Source: Antedon mediterranea
Lineage: Eukaryota > Animalia > Echinodermata
Assembly (NCBI RefSeq): GCF_964355755.1
Contig: NC_092672.1
Span: forward strand, 22,581,237 to 22,645,236
Direction of reading: 5' to 3'
DNA: 64,000 bases
The notes below the pieces were generated by a model that was not told the DNA's origin, made no database searches, and worked only from the letters and a program-made list of their open reading frames with translations. The first letter of the stretch is position 1, and each line of letters opens with the position of its first letter. Shown in pieces: positions 1 to 12,436 of the stretch. The position numbers and the translations under genes are program-made.

Positions 1-733
1 ACATAAACTACACATTTACATAGTTGGTATAGACTACACCTTTACATAGTTGGTATAGACTACACCTTTACATAGTTGGTATAAACTACACCTTTACATA
101 GTTGGCATAAACTACACCTTTACATAGTTGGTATAAACTACTCCTTTACATAGTTGGTATAAACTACACCTTTACATAGTTGGCATAAACTACACCTTTA
201 CATAGTTGGTATAAACTACACCTTTACATTGTTGGTATAAACTACACATTTACATAGTTTGCATAAACTACACCTTTACATAGTTGGTATAAACTACACC
301 TTTACATAGTTGGCATAAACTACACCTTTACATAGTTGGTATAAACTACTCCTTTACATAGTTGGTATAAACTACACCTTTACATAGTTGGCATAAACTA
401 CACCTTTACATAGTTGGCATAAACTACACCTTTACATAGTTGGTATAAACTACACCTTTACATAGTTGGTATAAACTACACCTTTACATAGTTGACATAA
501 ACTACACCTTTACATAGTTGGTATAAACTACACCTTTACATAGTTGACATAAACTACACCTTTACATAGTTGGTATAAACTACACCTTTAACATAGTTGG
601 CATAAACTACACCTTTACATAGTTGGCATAAACTACACCTTTACATAGTTGGCATAAACTACACCTTTACATAGTTGGTATAAACTACACCTTTACATAG
701 TTGACATAAACTACACTTTTACATAGTTGGCAT
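1..733. repeat. 26-bp minisatellite (ATAAACTACACCTTTACATAGTTGGY), about 28 copies, runs off the window's left edge
   Basis: Directly visible tandem unit with few substitutions. Confidence 0.97.
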
Positions 734-1589
734 CAAAATAACATAAAAAGAATACAAACAATACAACAAACGGATACAAAATAAATGGCGTGAATACAGG
801 AACAACTAATTTTAAACCAACCGACTCGATCTCTGTTGTAGTCACACATCACTGAAATAAAAAACCATTAAATATTAGAGTAATAAGTGAAAATAATCAT
901 AATAACTTAAACTATAGTATATATAATAATGACTGAAAAATATCGATAACTGAAAGGGTAACATACACTACTCCACACTAACATTTGCAAGCTAGCTCTG
1001 AGATTATAATTTTGTTTTTCCATGATCTTTATCAACATAGATTAAAATGTTATTGCTGAGGAAAAGTGTATAGTGTTTATGTGTACTGTTGCATACAAAG
1101 TCACGTTAAATTAATAATGTTTCTCTCCGAAGTCCAGGCAATCTAACAACAGGATGCAGGATCTATTATGCTATAATAATAAATTAATAATGTTTCCCTC
1201 CGAAGTGCTATACTAGATCACGTTATACCCAGATATTTATAATTTATACTACACTCTAGATAGAAAAAGAGATCATTCAAACATACTAATATCGATCAGC
1301 AAGAAGTTAATTTTTTAATCAATTGTTTAATAAGTGAAAAAAATGAGTTGCAACCATAATTTCCACATTTGGCTAGCCTGAGATCATGTTTACTATTATA
1401 AATGCCAATACCTTTAGTCTTATAATAGTGCCCTCTATAATGGTTTGACATTTTTTCAAAATATTATAGTGCCCTCTATAGTTTAGACATAATTTTATAA
1501 AACCTCCAGGAATATTTAATTTTTCTAAATTGATAATTTTAGGTTCACATAAATTGACTGCTTTATAATTATCAGCGAAAGACGCTGCA

Positions 1590-1755
1590 TGGATCCATAT
1601 CAGTTTGTATATTGCGTTAATGAGGACGATTTTTTATTTGTTATTTTTTAAATCTTTTTGGCTCATCTGACAAAGCTAAGTCCTATGCAGATCTTCATTT
1701 TTTAAATTTCCTCTCGGCATTTAATACCATCGACTCTCTTATGTATTAATAGATA
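1590..1755 (+). pseudogene. Highly degenerate non-LTR RT fragment (Rex1/Babar- or L2-like), interrupted by the CR1 insertion
   Basis: Hand translation across frameshifts gives MDPYQFVY...LAHLxKAKSYA...SAFNTI. It continues as LI|DKL across the CR1 insertion (tta ata gat at 1750, gat aag ctt at 3452). Confidence 0.55.
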
Positions 1756-1840
1756 CATATGTATTAATTCGAATGTACCGGCTATTGATGACATTTCAGA
1801 GGATTTTTTATCTCAAGTTGACTTTCCTTGTGACGAAATC

Positions 1841-3376
1841 TTGAATATTTTATCAACGTTGAATATTACTAAAACAGCTGGACCTGATGGTATTCACCCA
1901 CGCATCTTAGTCGAACTAAAGGATATCATTTGCTATCCCCTCCATATTATTTTTACGAAATTGTTTCAAGAAGGAGCCGTCCCTAATAGTTGGAAACGGG
2001 CTACAGTGGTACCGATTTTTAAAAAAGGAGTGAAGTCTGACCCAAGCAACTATAGACCTGTGAGTTTAACTTCGGTAGTTGGTAAAATTATGGAGAGAAT
2101 TATCAGGAAGGAATTATTGGACTTTCTTGAACATCACTCACTTATTTGTTATGAGCAATTTGGTTTCCGGCAAGGTCGTTCCTGTGCTTTACAATTACTT
2201 GATGTTCTTGAAAACTGGTTTTCTTATTTTGATAATCAGGATTGTTTTGATTGTATCTACCTTGACTACAAGAAGGCTTTCGATAGTGTGCCTCATCATA
2301 GACTCCTTCTGAAAATGAGTGCATTGGGTATTAGAGGTAAACTTCTAAACTGGTTTCAAGAATTTCTTAACGATAGACAACAACGGGTTAGTGTCAATGG
2401 ATGTGTTTCAGATTGGGCTGATGTTCGTAGTGGTATCCCGCAAGGAAGCGTCGTTGGACCTGTTCTTTTCATTATGTTTATAAATGATTTACCTTCTGTT
2501 ATTTCCTCCTCTGTACGCATGTTTGCAGATGATACTAAATTGTATAGAGTAGTTAACACTGTGAATGATGCTCAAGTTCTACAAGAAGATTTAGAGAAAG
2601 CATGTGACTGGTCTGACAAATGGCAATTACCTTTTAACGAGGGTAAGTGCAAAGTAATGCACTTTGGGAAGAAAAACAACAAACATCTGTATGCCATGCG
2701 TGGTTTCTTATTGAATGAAGTTGATCATGAAAAAGACCTCGGTGTTACTATTGACTCTAAACTTGTTTTTAATGTACATGTGGCAGATGTAGCAATGAGA
2801 GCAAATCGGAAGTTGGGCATGGTATATCGAGCTTTCAAGTTTTTAAATATGGATGGGTTTCTTCGTTTATATAAAGCTATTATTCGTCCGACCTTGGAAT
2901 ACTGCAACGTTGTTTTTAACTCGCTACATTGTAAGGAGGAAGACCTATTGGAAAAAGTCCAAGAACGTGCCACCAAGCTTATTTTTTCCATTCGTCATTT
3001 ACCTTATTCAGAAAGGCTGAAAATTCTCAACCTACCTACTCTCGCATACAGAAGGCAAAGAGCTCATTTGATACAGATTTTTAAAATTTTACATGGAGTG
3101 GATAGTATTTCTGCTGATTCTTTTTTTGAGCGTGATGAAGATGTTAGAACACGTGGTCATTCTTTTAAATTAAAATTTAAGTTCTCACGCACAAATTGGA
3201 TGAGGGACTCATTTGGTCGAAAAGCTATTATATTATGGAATTCGTTATCGGAGGATGTAGTAGCTTCAAGATCAACCAATCAATTTAAGTCCGGTCTTGA
3301 ACGGGCATGGTCCAACCACCCTCTTAAATTTGCGCCATATTCAAGAGTTGATGTAATTATCAAGAGGGGCTTATAG
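1841..3376 (+). CDS. CR1-type ORF2 reverse transcriptase domain plus C-terminus (endonuclease missing by 5' truncation; no true ATG start)
   Basis: Motifs KTAGPDGIHPRIL, NYRPVSLTSVVGKIME, QFGFRQGRSC, YLDYKKAFDSVPH, SGIPQGSVVGP, FADDTKLY, EKDLGV, TRGHSFKL, WNSL; no stops in 511 codons. Confidence 0.95.
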   Translation: MNILSTLNITKTAGPDGIHPRILVELKDIICYPLHIIFTKLFQEGAVPNSWKRATVVPIFKKGVKSDPSNYRPVSLTSVVGKIMERIIRKELLDFLEHHSLICYEQFGFRQGRSCALQLLDVLENWFSYFDNQDCFDCIYLDYKKAFDSVPHHRLLLKMSALGIRGKLLNWFQEFLNDRQQRVSVNGCVSDWADVRSGIPQGSVVGPVLFIMFINDLPSVISSSVRMFADDTKLYRVVNTVNDAQVLQEDLEKACDWSDKWQLPFNEGKCKVMHFGKKNNKHLYAMRGFLLNEVDHEKDLGVTIDSKLVFNVHVADVAMRANRKLGMVYRAFKFLNMDGFLRLYKAIIRPTLEYCNVVFNSLHCKEEDLLEKVQERATKLIFSIRHLPYSERLKILNLPTLAYRRQRAHLIQIFKILHGVDSISADSFFERDEDVRTRGHSFKLKFKFSRTNWMRDSFGRKAIILWNSLSEDVVASRSTNQFKSGLERAWSNHPLKFAPYSRVDVIIKRGL

Positions 3377-3394
3377 GCATAGCCTAGCCTCGAC

Positions 3395-3450
3395 TCCGGA
3401 CCCAGCATTGCTGAGCTCCGGAAACAAGTAAACAAGTAAGTAAGTAAGTA
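3395..3450 (+). other. LINE 3' recognition stem-loop and microsatellite tail
   Basis: TCCGGA...CAGCA-T-TGCTG...TCCGGA hairpin followed by AAACAAGT/AAGT repeats, typical of CR1/L2 3' ends. Confidence 0.75.
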
Positions 3451-4099
3451 AGATAAGCTTTGTTTTGCCCATGCCTCACCTCCATCTATCCAATCTGGAG
3501 CAGTTGTATCTTAGATGGTGATTTTAATGAAATGAGTATTTTAAGAATGTTGTTTATAAGAGAGGCAAAATGTTTTTGAAAAAAAATGAGACCGTCGATA
3601 TCTAGCTTTGAAAGAAGCAATTGTTGTGGAATATTTAATTTCAGTTGGTAGGTTATTCCATATTTAAGAATATTGTTTTTAACAGAGGCAAAAACATTCC
3701 ACAATATCAGTGTTCAGTGGCATGGTACAAGTTTACACCATGAGGCAAATGTATTTCTAATGTTATATTAAAATGGTACAATTGACGTTAATGCTATTAG
3801 GCCTGTCAATTTGGCTGATATGCAAGAGCTTATGGTCAGTGTGATAAAACTGGGTAGATTCAGAAATACAAGATATTCGATATAATACTCGTAACGAAGA
3901 GTTCAAGTATGTTTACATGACCATTGCGTGATGGTATATCATTAACATCTTTAGGCCTATACAGGATTACACTATCAGGTAAAAAAAAAATACTTGACCT
4001 TGTCGTTACCATGACCATTACGTGATGGTAAATCATTAACCTGAGTTAAAAATTTATCTTGTAAAGTCTAAGAGAAAGTCCCCTCAAGAAAACCTTTAG

Positions 4100-4500
4100 C
4101 ACGGGGATGTTAAACTCGCCGATTAAATGAATTCGGTTGTACGTGGGTCTAAAAGCATTAAGAGTTGAAGTAAGTTTATAGTGAAGTCGTCTTTATTACC
4201 ATCAGAACAAATGCTTTTTTTTTGGTAAGAAGTTGGTCTTAGTTCATTATCAATATATCGTCGTTGGGTTCAAGATCATGTCTTCTGATTAATAAGAAAG
4301 ACGACTTAACCAGCACTACTTTTGGACCGAGTAAACGGTCTTGCCTTTATAAGAAATAACCAATTTGAGGTATTTCAGTGTCAGATATAGAATCATTGAA
4401 CCACGTGTCAGAGTCGTGTTTTGAGACGACTGGATTACTTTCAAGTCTCTAAACTTGTTGACTGTCTTACTGCTTCTAGCAATTCAAATGGTGGTTTACA
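4100..4500 (-). pseudogene. Degenerate LINE apurinic endonuclease (APE) fragment
   Basis: Minus-strand reading with stops and frameshifts: DTWFNDSISDTEI, RQDR, RRHDLE, IGEFNIP (matches the ETW / RxDR / GDFN motifs). Confidence 0.7.
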
Positions 4501-5721
4501 TGGTCGCTCTATGCCACACGTTTGTTATCAGAGTCGGAGGCATATTCACTGTCAACCGATTCTCTATCATTAGTTTTAAAAAAGAAGTCACTGAACAGAG
4601 GCAAGGAACATGGGTGTAGTAGGCTATCAGATGTCAACTGATTTCGCGAGAGCGTAAAACTCATCCTCTAAAAAGTTGGCGAAATTCAGATGGAATCAAT
4701 AGTTGCAATCGTCGCATTGAATACCGCGTTGATTCGATCTGACACACTTAGTACAAGAACCGAATGGATCCTTAGTGGGCCGAGGTTATATGCTATATCA
4801 CCACTCAGTGCGAGAATCAAAAGCGAAACAAATGCAAGATCAGTATATGCTAGTATGGTTTATTTTAAACTTCGGAATGACAAACGAATAAAGAATCTAT
4901 GTATAGGCTAGTAAGTCTTAAGAAGCGTGTCATTATTTGTGTTGATTCCACAGTATCAGTTGACTTTAACAAGTATTCTGCCTTCCCCCTTTTACAAATT
5001 ACAGATATTAATAGAACTACTAGGACAGTTCTTTGATGTCCCATGTTCGCTGTATGTGGCCTGTACAATACAGACAAATAAATAAATAAATAGATAAACG
5101 GTACAGCTTGAAACAAAAACAAAAGGATAAAACTCAATTGTAATTTAAAATACAATGGAGATCACGGTTAAATCAAAACAATTGTACAGTTCTTGTGAGT
5201 ATATAATTACAAATTACCGATCTCTTGACAATAAGTTAGTGTTATTTGTTTTGTCGAGAAACTACTAGGCCTATATTTGGAAAATCACAAGAAGGGTAGG
5301 GCGCAGGATTGTAATTGATGTATATACTTGAATTTAAACAGGATGCATGTGTTCTCTTGGTAAAACGCAATCTACAAAATGTGTCACCTGCTTCACAAAG
5401 AAGATAGCGTTATTCCATTCATAATCCGTACAGGTTACCTACATCTTTAATACAGTAAGTCGTTTGTTATACACAGTTCATTGTTGCTATATTATTATTC
5501 ATAGAGAGCACTCCCGGATCACGTCATTATTTCTTATAATATATTTTGAAATTTTAAATAATGCAATGTTTAACCAGGTTTTATATTTGTTTCTATATAT
5601 TTGGTATTAATGAAAATAATGTATTTGTTCTGTATATTGGAAAAAATATATAAAAAGAAATATATCTACAATATGATTTTAATTATTTGTATATAATTTG
5701 ACACACGCATATATAAAGACG

Positions 5722-6575
5722 GGTAAGTGTGCTCACAACACTCAATTTATGTTGTAATGGGTGACATGAATGAAAGTGTAAATATTGGTTGGTATGAGTA
5801 GGTGTTCTGTAAACTTATGTAGTGATTTTGTTGTCAATGAGTGAAATGGAAACGTCTAGGAAAGGTATAGTGTTATTAGTCATATGTTCTGTGAAAGTGA
5901 TGTTGTGTGTGGGATCGATTGAGTTTAGATGATAATTAAGGTTGTCAGCAGCTCCTTCTGGAACAACTGCTAAAACGTCATCTACGTATCTTTTCCATAT
6001 CAGTGGCTTAATTTCTGTATTAGCTGTTTTAAGTGCTTCCTCTTCTAGCCATTCTAGAAACAGGTTCACCACAATAGGGCTCACTGGGCTTCCCATCGAA
6101 ACACCTTCTATTTGTTTATAGAAGGATCCGTTGAAGCTGAAATAGGTGGTATTTATCAGAAGGGACAGCAATTCTAAAATGTCATCGACGGAGAGATTTT
6201 TACGTTCTTTTAAGTCATCATCATTTTTTAGTTTTATTCGTATGATTTTCAATGCTAATTCTGTGGGTGTCTTGGTGAATAGGGATACAACATCGTACGA
6301 GACAAATGTGTAGTTCTGTGGGACATTTAACGTCGCAAGTTCTTTAACTAAGTCTTTGGAGTTCTTTACATGATGTATAGTGTTTCCAACTAGGGGCTCT
6401 AAAATATCGGCGAGGCTTTTTCCTAAGTTATAGTATATGGAGTTGATGCAGTCAACAATAGGACGAAGCGGTACATTCATTTTGTGTATTTTTGGAAGGC
6501 AGTAAATTCGTGGTGTTACTTCTGCTGTAGGGAACAGTATTCTTTTTTGCTTTGGTGTTATTTTCTCTTCTTGGA
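5722..6575 (-). mobile_element. Penelope-like element (Poseidon-type) RT fragment
   Basis: ORF 5815-6480 and upstream: PRIYCLPKIHK, PLRPIV, VSYDVVSLFT, QIEGVSMGSPVSP, WKRYVDD, IPFLDV. GIY-YIG part absent. Absent from duplicate copy B. Confidence 0.92.
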
Positions 6576-6579
6576 TAAC

Positions 6580-6810
6580 ACCAAGCGGTAAACTTCACAA
6601 TGGCTCCTTTCAACCGTGTCATCGTCACGCCGTTACGTCACCAGAACGTATTCACTTATGATTATGCCTTGCTGTTGGTAGGCGAAACGTTAAGTCCTCT
6701 GGAAATGTAAGTACCGATATCATCTTACAAACTTGACATTATATTGGATCATATAGAAGTAACTTTTTATCACATTATATTATCAGATCCAAATGAACTT
6801 ATTTAACAGT
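6580..6810 (+). other. Putative inverted Penelope pseudo-LTR with degenerate hammerhead-like motif and intron signals
   Basis: ACTT-ATGATTAT-GCCT..AGGC-GAAAC-GTT-AAGT at 6654-6695; GTAAGT at about 6707 and AACAG at about 6805; opposite orientation to the RT. Confidence 0.55.
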
Positions 6811-7669
6811 CCATTGTTGCTTAATCAGAGCACACCGGAACACTTCATTCAATTTTTCAATAGTAGCCTATATTTATATAATACAATTTTTAATAACCAG
6901 ATTTTATATGTTTTTAATATTTTGTAATAACCAATTGATGATATATTTAATATGTATATTGGACAAAATAAAAAAGAAATATATTTGACATACTATATAT
7001 TATTTTATATAACTTAACGTACGCACATACAAAGCAGACAACTAACGGGTAAACTTTACTTTGATTAGAAGAAATAAATGTTTATTTGATTTGATATAAT
7101 AATTCTAATATTTGCTAAGTCTACTCTGAGACCCGTAAGAGACTATCTCTGGATTTAGTCTCGACAATCTTTAGTCCTGGACTAAACCAGTATCAAAATC
7201 GGCAAAAGATAGTCATAAATACGGGCCAATGAGATTGTGGCCTACACTATGCAGTCATTCACATTAACCTCAACAACAGTCACTGATCGTTTTATATTTT
7301 AGTACATATAGATATAGATATCACATACCAGTCCATAAATCACATTTAGTCCAAAATATCATAACCAGCAACTACAATTGAAAAACATTCATGTAAACAA
7401 GAAAAAGCAATTTGCAAATATAAACTGAACTTGTCATGTCACACAACAAAGTGGCAAGTACGCCACCACTATTTTGGAACGTAAGTGATAACAGTTATCA
7501 GACATTCAAACACTCTCCGTTTATTTAAGTGTTGATATACTATTTGTTAGCAAAGTGTATTTAGAAGTGATAGTGAGTTGAAAATTACAGTAGGCCTGTA
7601 CAGATGGCCTATGATTGTGTAAATGCTATTTTAGGAAACAAATGCAATCTTTGTCTTGCTAGTACTTAA

Positions 7670-9060
7670 AGTGGAGCTCCACCCAGAAAATTACTATTTT
7701 TCATACATTTTCAACTATTATTTAAAAATATCATCCCTTATACTTCATATTTTTTTGAATTTTTTTTTCAATGAGTACGATTTTCTTTTAAATCACGCCT
7801 TTTTGCGTTTTGGGGGGATACCTTGTAATTTCCTATTCTTTTACATGCAAAAGGGGGGTATATTTGAATAATCCTAAAAAATTCATTTCTTCACCAAAAA
7901 AAAAATGTAAAATGTATATTTATGTAATTTTTCCAGATCTTTCTATTTCTGGTATTTTTATCACGTATACATTGCGCAATTTTGCGTAAATAGACACTTT
8001 CCCCCGTTCGGGTCCAATTGGGTTTTTTATTTTGCTAGGGAGTACGATCACGTGACATTTTTCACAATCACACTACTGCAGCTGGCGATCTGTTATTTTG
8101 TCGCGATGTTATTTTTGACGGGCGAAAAGTATATTAAAACATTCTGAATGTGACCCTATTATGTTTCACAGTGTAATAATGTGATTATGAGACTATTACT
8201 AAAATGTCAAATTTAACGAGATTTGAGAAAGATGTGGCTATATATTCAATAAAGCTAGGCCTAGGCCTACTACTAGAGTGTAGGCATGTACCGATGCTGC
8301 TTAGCTTGGCCTCTAGCTAGGCTAGGCTGACAGCAGTGAAGTTTGTTTTGCTGTCACCCGACCTTGGCCTACCCATGGGCCATGATAGGGTGCCTGAATA
8401 GTTGCTTTTCAGTCAGGTCTAAGCTTGCACATCGCTTTACTATTCTTTACTACTCTTGTTCTGTATAGGATTTTGTGTTCCACAATTCTTAATGTGCGAG
8501 AAAACCCAGGAACGATAAATGGGGCGAAACGACCATGCCTATGAATACATAGGCCTCTAGACAAAAATTCAAGGCTAGCTAGGCTGAGCAGACGGCTTAG
8601 CTAGGCCTAGCTCTAGCTTAAAGTTAAAAGCAATCTGATAAGATTATTATGCTGTTGTTGTACAGTGAAAATCATGAGGTTACATGTAAATTATACTGAC
8701 ATTCTTATCGGAAATATTAGTTAGGCCTAAACAAATCGTATTAATTGTGTGTATAAAATTTATTCCCCATTTTTCGACACATAATTTACCAAAGGGGAGA
8801 CATTTCCACAATGCGTTGACCAGCGACTAAAACGCGTCAGTCGCTAAGTGTAACGCGTTTCACGACGTATTGTAAACTAATAACCCCTAAGTTACTGAAA
8901 AACTGTAATTTGTTAAAAAACACTATTTTCTGACCGATTTTTTAGAAATGAGTTTTTGGAAAATATTTCCGTATTTTTCCTGGTTTTTGTTATGTAATCA
9001 CTTTCAATTAAACATACTTAAACATAATATAAGCTGAGAAAGTCTGAGTGTAGCTCCACT
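7670..9060. mobile_element. Non-autonomous DNA transposon with TTAA TSD (Kolobok-like)
   Basis: TTAA|AGTGGAGCTCCACCCAGA ... TCTGAGTGTAGCTCCACT|TTAA; TIR 16/18 identical; AG..CT termini rather than piggyBac CCC..GGG. Confidence 0.85.
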
Positions 9061-9064
9061 TTAA

Positions 9065-9361
9065 AGATGTATTGTCCCCCAATAACATGATCAATAAAGA
9101 TTAATTAAATCAGACTTTGAATAGATTATTTTGTTACTCACTTCTGGCCGTAGAAAAAAATAATAATTTCACTTAAAAAATAACATAATACAGTAAATGG
9201 TTAAATTCAACCAAAAATCCATTGGCTGGCGGTCAATTTGATCATTTTTGCTTAAATGCTTTTTTTAGATCAAATTTATCGAAAAGTGGACATGGGACAT
9301 TAAATTGCATATTCAACAACAAAAAAGTTAAAAATTATTTTTCAGGGGGGACAATACATCT
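9065..9361. mobile_element. 297-bp MITE with TTAA TSD (Kolobok-like)
   Basis: Perfect 16-bp TIR AGATGTATTGTCCCCC; TTAA at 9061-9064 and 9362-9365. Confidence 0.9.
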
Positions 9362-9452
9362 TTAAACGAAATGTCCTAGATTTAATTAATTTTGTATGCC
9401 TACTAACTATATGGCCGTCCAATAAAGTGTAATTTGATTGTATGAGTGATGG

Positions 9453-11910
9453 ACTGATTTCGCGAGAGCGTAAAACTCATCCTCTAAACAGTTGGTACAA
9501 TTCAGATGGAATCAATAGTTGCAATCGTCGCATTGAATACCGCGTTGATTCGATCTGACACACTTAGTACAAGAACCGAATGGATCCTTATAGTGGCCTG
9601 GGGTTATATGCTATATCACCACTCAGTGCGAGAATCAAAAGCGAAACAAATGCAAGATCAGTATATGCTAGTATGGTTTATTTTAAACTTCGGAGTGACA
9701 AACGAATAAAGAATCTATGTAGGCCTATAGGCTGGCAAGTCTTGGGAAGCGTGTTATTATTTGTGTTGACTCCACGGTATCGGTTGACTTGATGAGTATT
9801 CCGCATTCACTTCAAAACGTCCATTTACAAATTACAGATATTAATAGAACTACTATACTAGGGCAGTTCTTTGATGTCCCATGTTCGCTGTATGTGGCCT
9901 GTACAATACAGCTTATAACTACAAATTACCGATCTCTTGACAATAATTTTTATGAGGTGGTTCACTTTACAAACTAGTGTATGATATTGTCTTAAAATGA
10001 ACTCAAAGAACCTGAACGTGAACCTGATTCAAGTTGTCATATTTTACTACAAGATGCACACTAGGAACAATGTTAAAATATGCAAATTAATTACTTGTGA
10101 ACTTGATTAAGCTTGGTTGGCGTAGACATAATTTACATTTAAGGAGCTTCTCTAATTTGTTTCGGAAAATTTACTTTTTAAATTCTTAAAATGTTGTATG
10201 TATCGGCCTGTAGGCCTAATTGTTAGTGTTATTTCTTTTGTCGAGAAACTACTAGGCCTATATTTGGAAAATCACAAGAAGGGCAGGGCGTAGGATTGTA
10301 ATTGATGTCTGTAATTGAATTTAAACAGGATGGCATGTGTTGTCTTGGTAAAACGCAATCTGCAATATGTATCATCTGCTTCACAAAGAAGATAGCGTTA
10401 TTCCATCCATAATCCGTACAGGTTACCTACATCTTTAATAAGTCGTTTGTTATACACAGTTCATTGTTGCTATATTATTATTCATAGAGAGCACTCCCGG
10501 ATCACTTCATTATTTCTTATAGTATATTTTGAAACAGCTTTAAATAATACAATGTTTAACCAGGTTTTATATTTTTTTCTATATATTTGGTATTAATGAA
10601 AATAATGTATTTGTTCTGTATATTGGAAAAAATATATAAAAAAGAAATATATTTACAATATGATTTTAATTATTTGTATATAATTTGACACACGCACATA
10701 CAAAGACGCAGACAACTGATGGGTAAACTTTTACTTTGATTAGAAGAATTTAATATTGGATTTGATATAATCATTCTAATTTTTGTTAATTAGGCCTATA
10801 ATCACAGACAAAATGAGATTTTAGGCTACAGTAATCATTCATAATACCGTAAGCATTAATCTACAAGCACATTGTCATAAATGTAGGCCATACAACATTG
10901 GAATGTTGGTCCTTAACTCGCTGAGATTCTGTATTACCGGAGGTTAGAGCCTATTTATACACGTATATGCGTAAGCCATGGCGTACGCATTGCGTAGCAT
11001 ACGCCTTGCGTGTGAACTAAGCACTTACTACGCCACGGCCGTGGCGTTAGATAACGAGCCTAACGCTGTGTCGCATGTTCCACAGTTCATTGTTGCTTGA
11101 TAATTTATTCATTCAGAGCACACCGGAACACAATTTTTCAATAGTATATTTATATAATACAATTTTTAATAACCAGATTTTAAATTATATTTTGTAATGA
11201 CCAATTAATGATATATTTAATATGTATATTGGACAAAATAAAAAAAGAAATATATTTGACATACTATATTATTATTTGAAATAACTTAACGTACGCACAT
11301 ACAAAGACGCAGACAACTAACGGGTAAACTTTACTTTGATTAGAAGAAATAAGTGTTTATTTGATTTGATATAATAATTCTAATATTTGCTACGTCTACT
11401 CTGAGACCATTAAGGTCCGTAATAATGACTGGACTATCTCTGGATTTAGTCTGGACAATCTTTAGTCCTGGACTAAACCAGTATTAAAATCGGCAAAAGA
11501 TGTCATGAATACGGGCCAATGAGATTGTGGCCTACACTATGCAGTCATTCACAGTAAGCATTAACCTCAACAACAGTCACTGATCGTTTTATATTTTAGT
11601 AGGCCTATATAGAATGATATATATATCACATACCAGTCCATAAATCAAATTTAGTCCAAAATATCATAACCAGCAACTACAATTGAAAAAACATTCCTGT
11701 AAACAAGAAAAACAATTTACAAATATATTAATAAACAACTTCATTTAACAGGTCTGCCTCATTATTTAAGCCCTTAATTTCAGGACTGAACTTGTCATGT
11801 CACACAACAAAGCGGCAAGTACGCCACCAGTATTTTGGAACGTAAGTGATAACAGTTATCAGACATTCAAACGCTCTCAGTTTATTTAAGTGTTGATATA
11901 CTACTTGTTA
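9453..11910. repeat. Local segmental duplication, copy B
   Basis: Collinear with 4637-7550 except for indels. Confidence 0.92.
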
Positions 11911-12436
11911 GTACAGTTAAAACTTAAGAAAGCGATGAAATGGCAAGAGGCAATAATAAAAAAATTCAAATGTAGGCCTACAATAAAAATGCAAACATTT
12001 TTTTTAATTTGGAATAATTAATATAACTTTATAAGTCATTGCAGTCATTTCCCAGGTACGTACTTCTCAAGATCCAGGTCATAGAATGTAGAGTCGCCCA
12101 CCCTTCTTCAGCAGCAGCACACGTGTGTGATGGCATGATGGCTCATCAAAAAAAGTTCTCAAAATGAAACATGTATTTATGTGGTGAACAAGTTGTTACG
12201 TTTGTTACTGGTAATATTTTGTGGTAATAATGTATAGTATAGTGAATGTTGATAGACAAAAATGGCGAAATAAATGTAAAGGTACACTCTACTAAACTAC
12301 TAGGCTAGCATAGCTAGGCCCATAGAGATATTATATGCTAGGCCTAAATACTACTCTACTAGTCTAGGCCTAGAGCTAAGCCCTAGGCTAAGTGTCTGTA
12401 GGCGTACTTATGTAGGGTGATGTAGGCCTATGGCTA

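Larger units (their letters stand above)
1768..3450 (+). mobile_element. 5'-truncated CR1-clade LINE, recent insertion
   Basis: Uninterrupted RT ORF, short 3' UTR with stem-loop, (AAGT)n tail at 3425-3450; candidate 5-bp TSD AGATA at 1751-1755 and 3451-3455. Confidence 0.9.
4637..7550. repeat. Local segmental duplication, copy A (contains the Penelope insertion)
   Basis: Collinear high identity with 9453-11910, starting ACTGATTTCGCGAGAGCGTAAAAC. Confidence 0.92.

Noticed and set aside
1-733. CRISPR-like or telomeric array
   Set aside because: No unique spacers, no cas genes, eukaryotic context; the unit is not a telomeric repeat
4690-4911. Duplicated small ORF MESIVAIVALNT (also 9506-9709)
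   Set aside because: Frames diverge between copies through an indel; no domain or splice evidence
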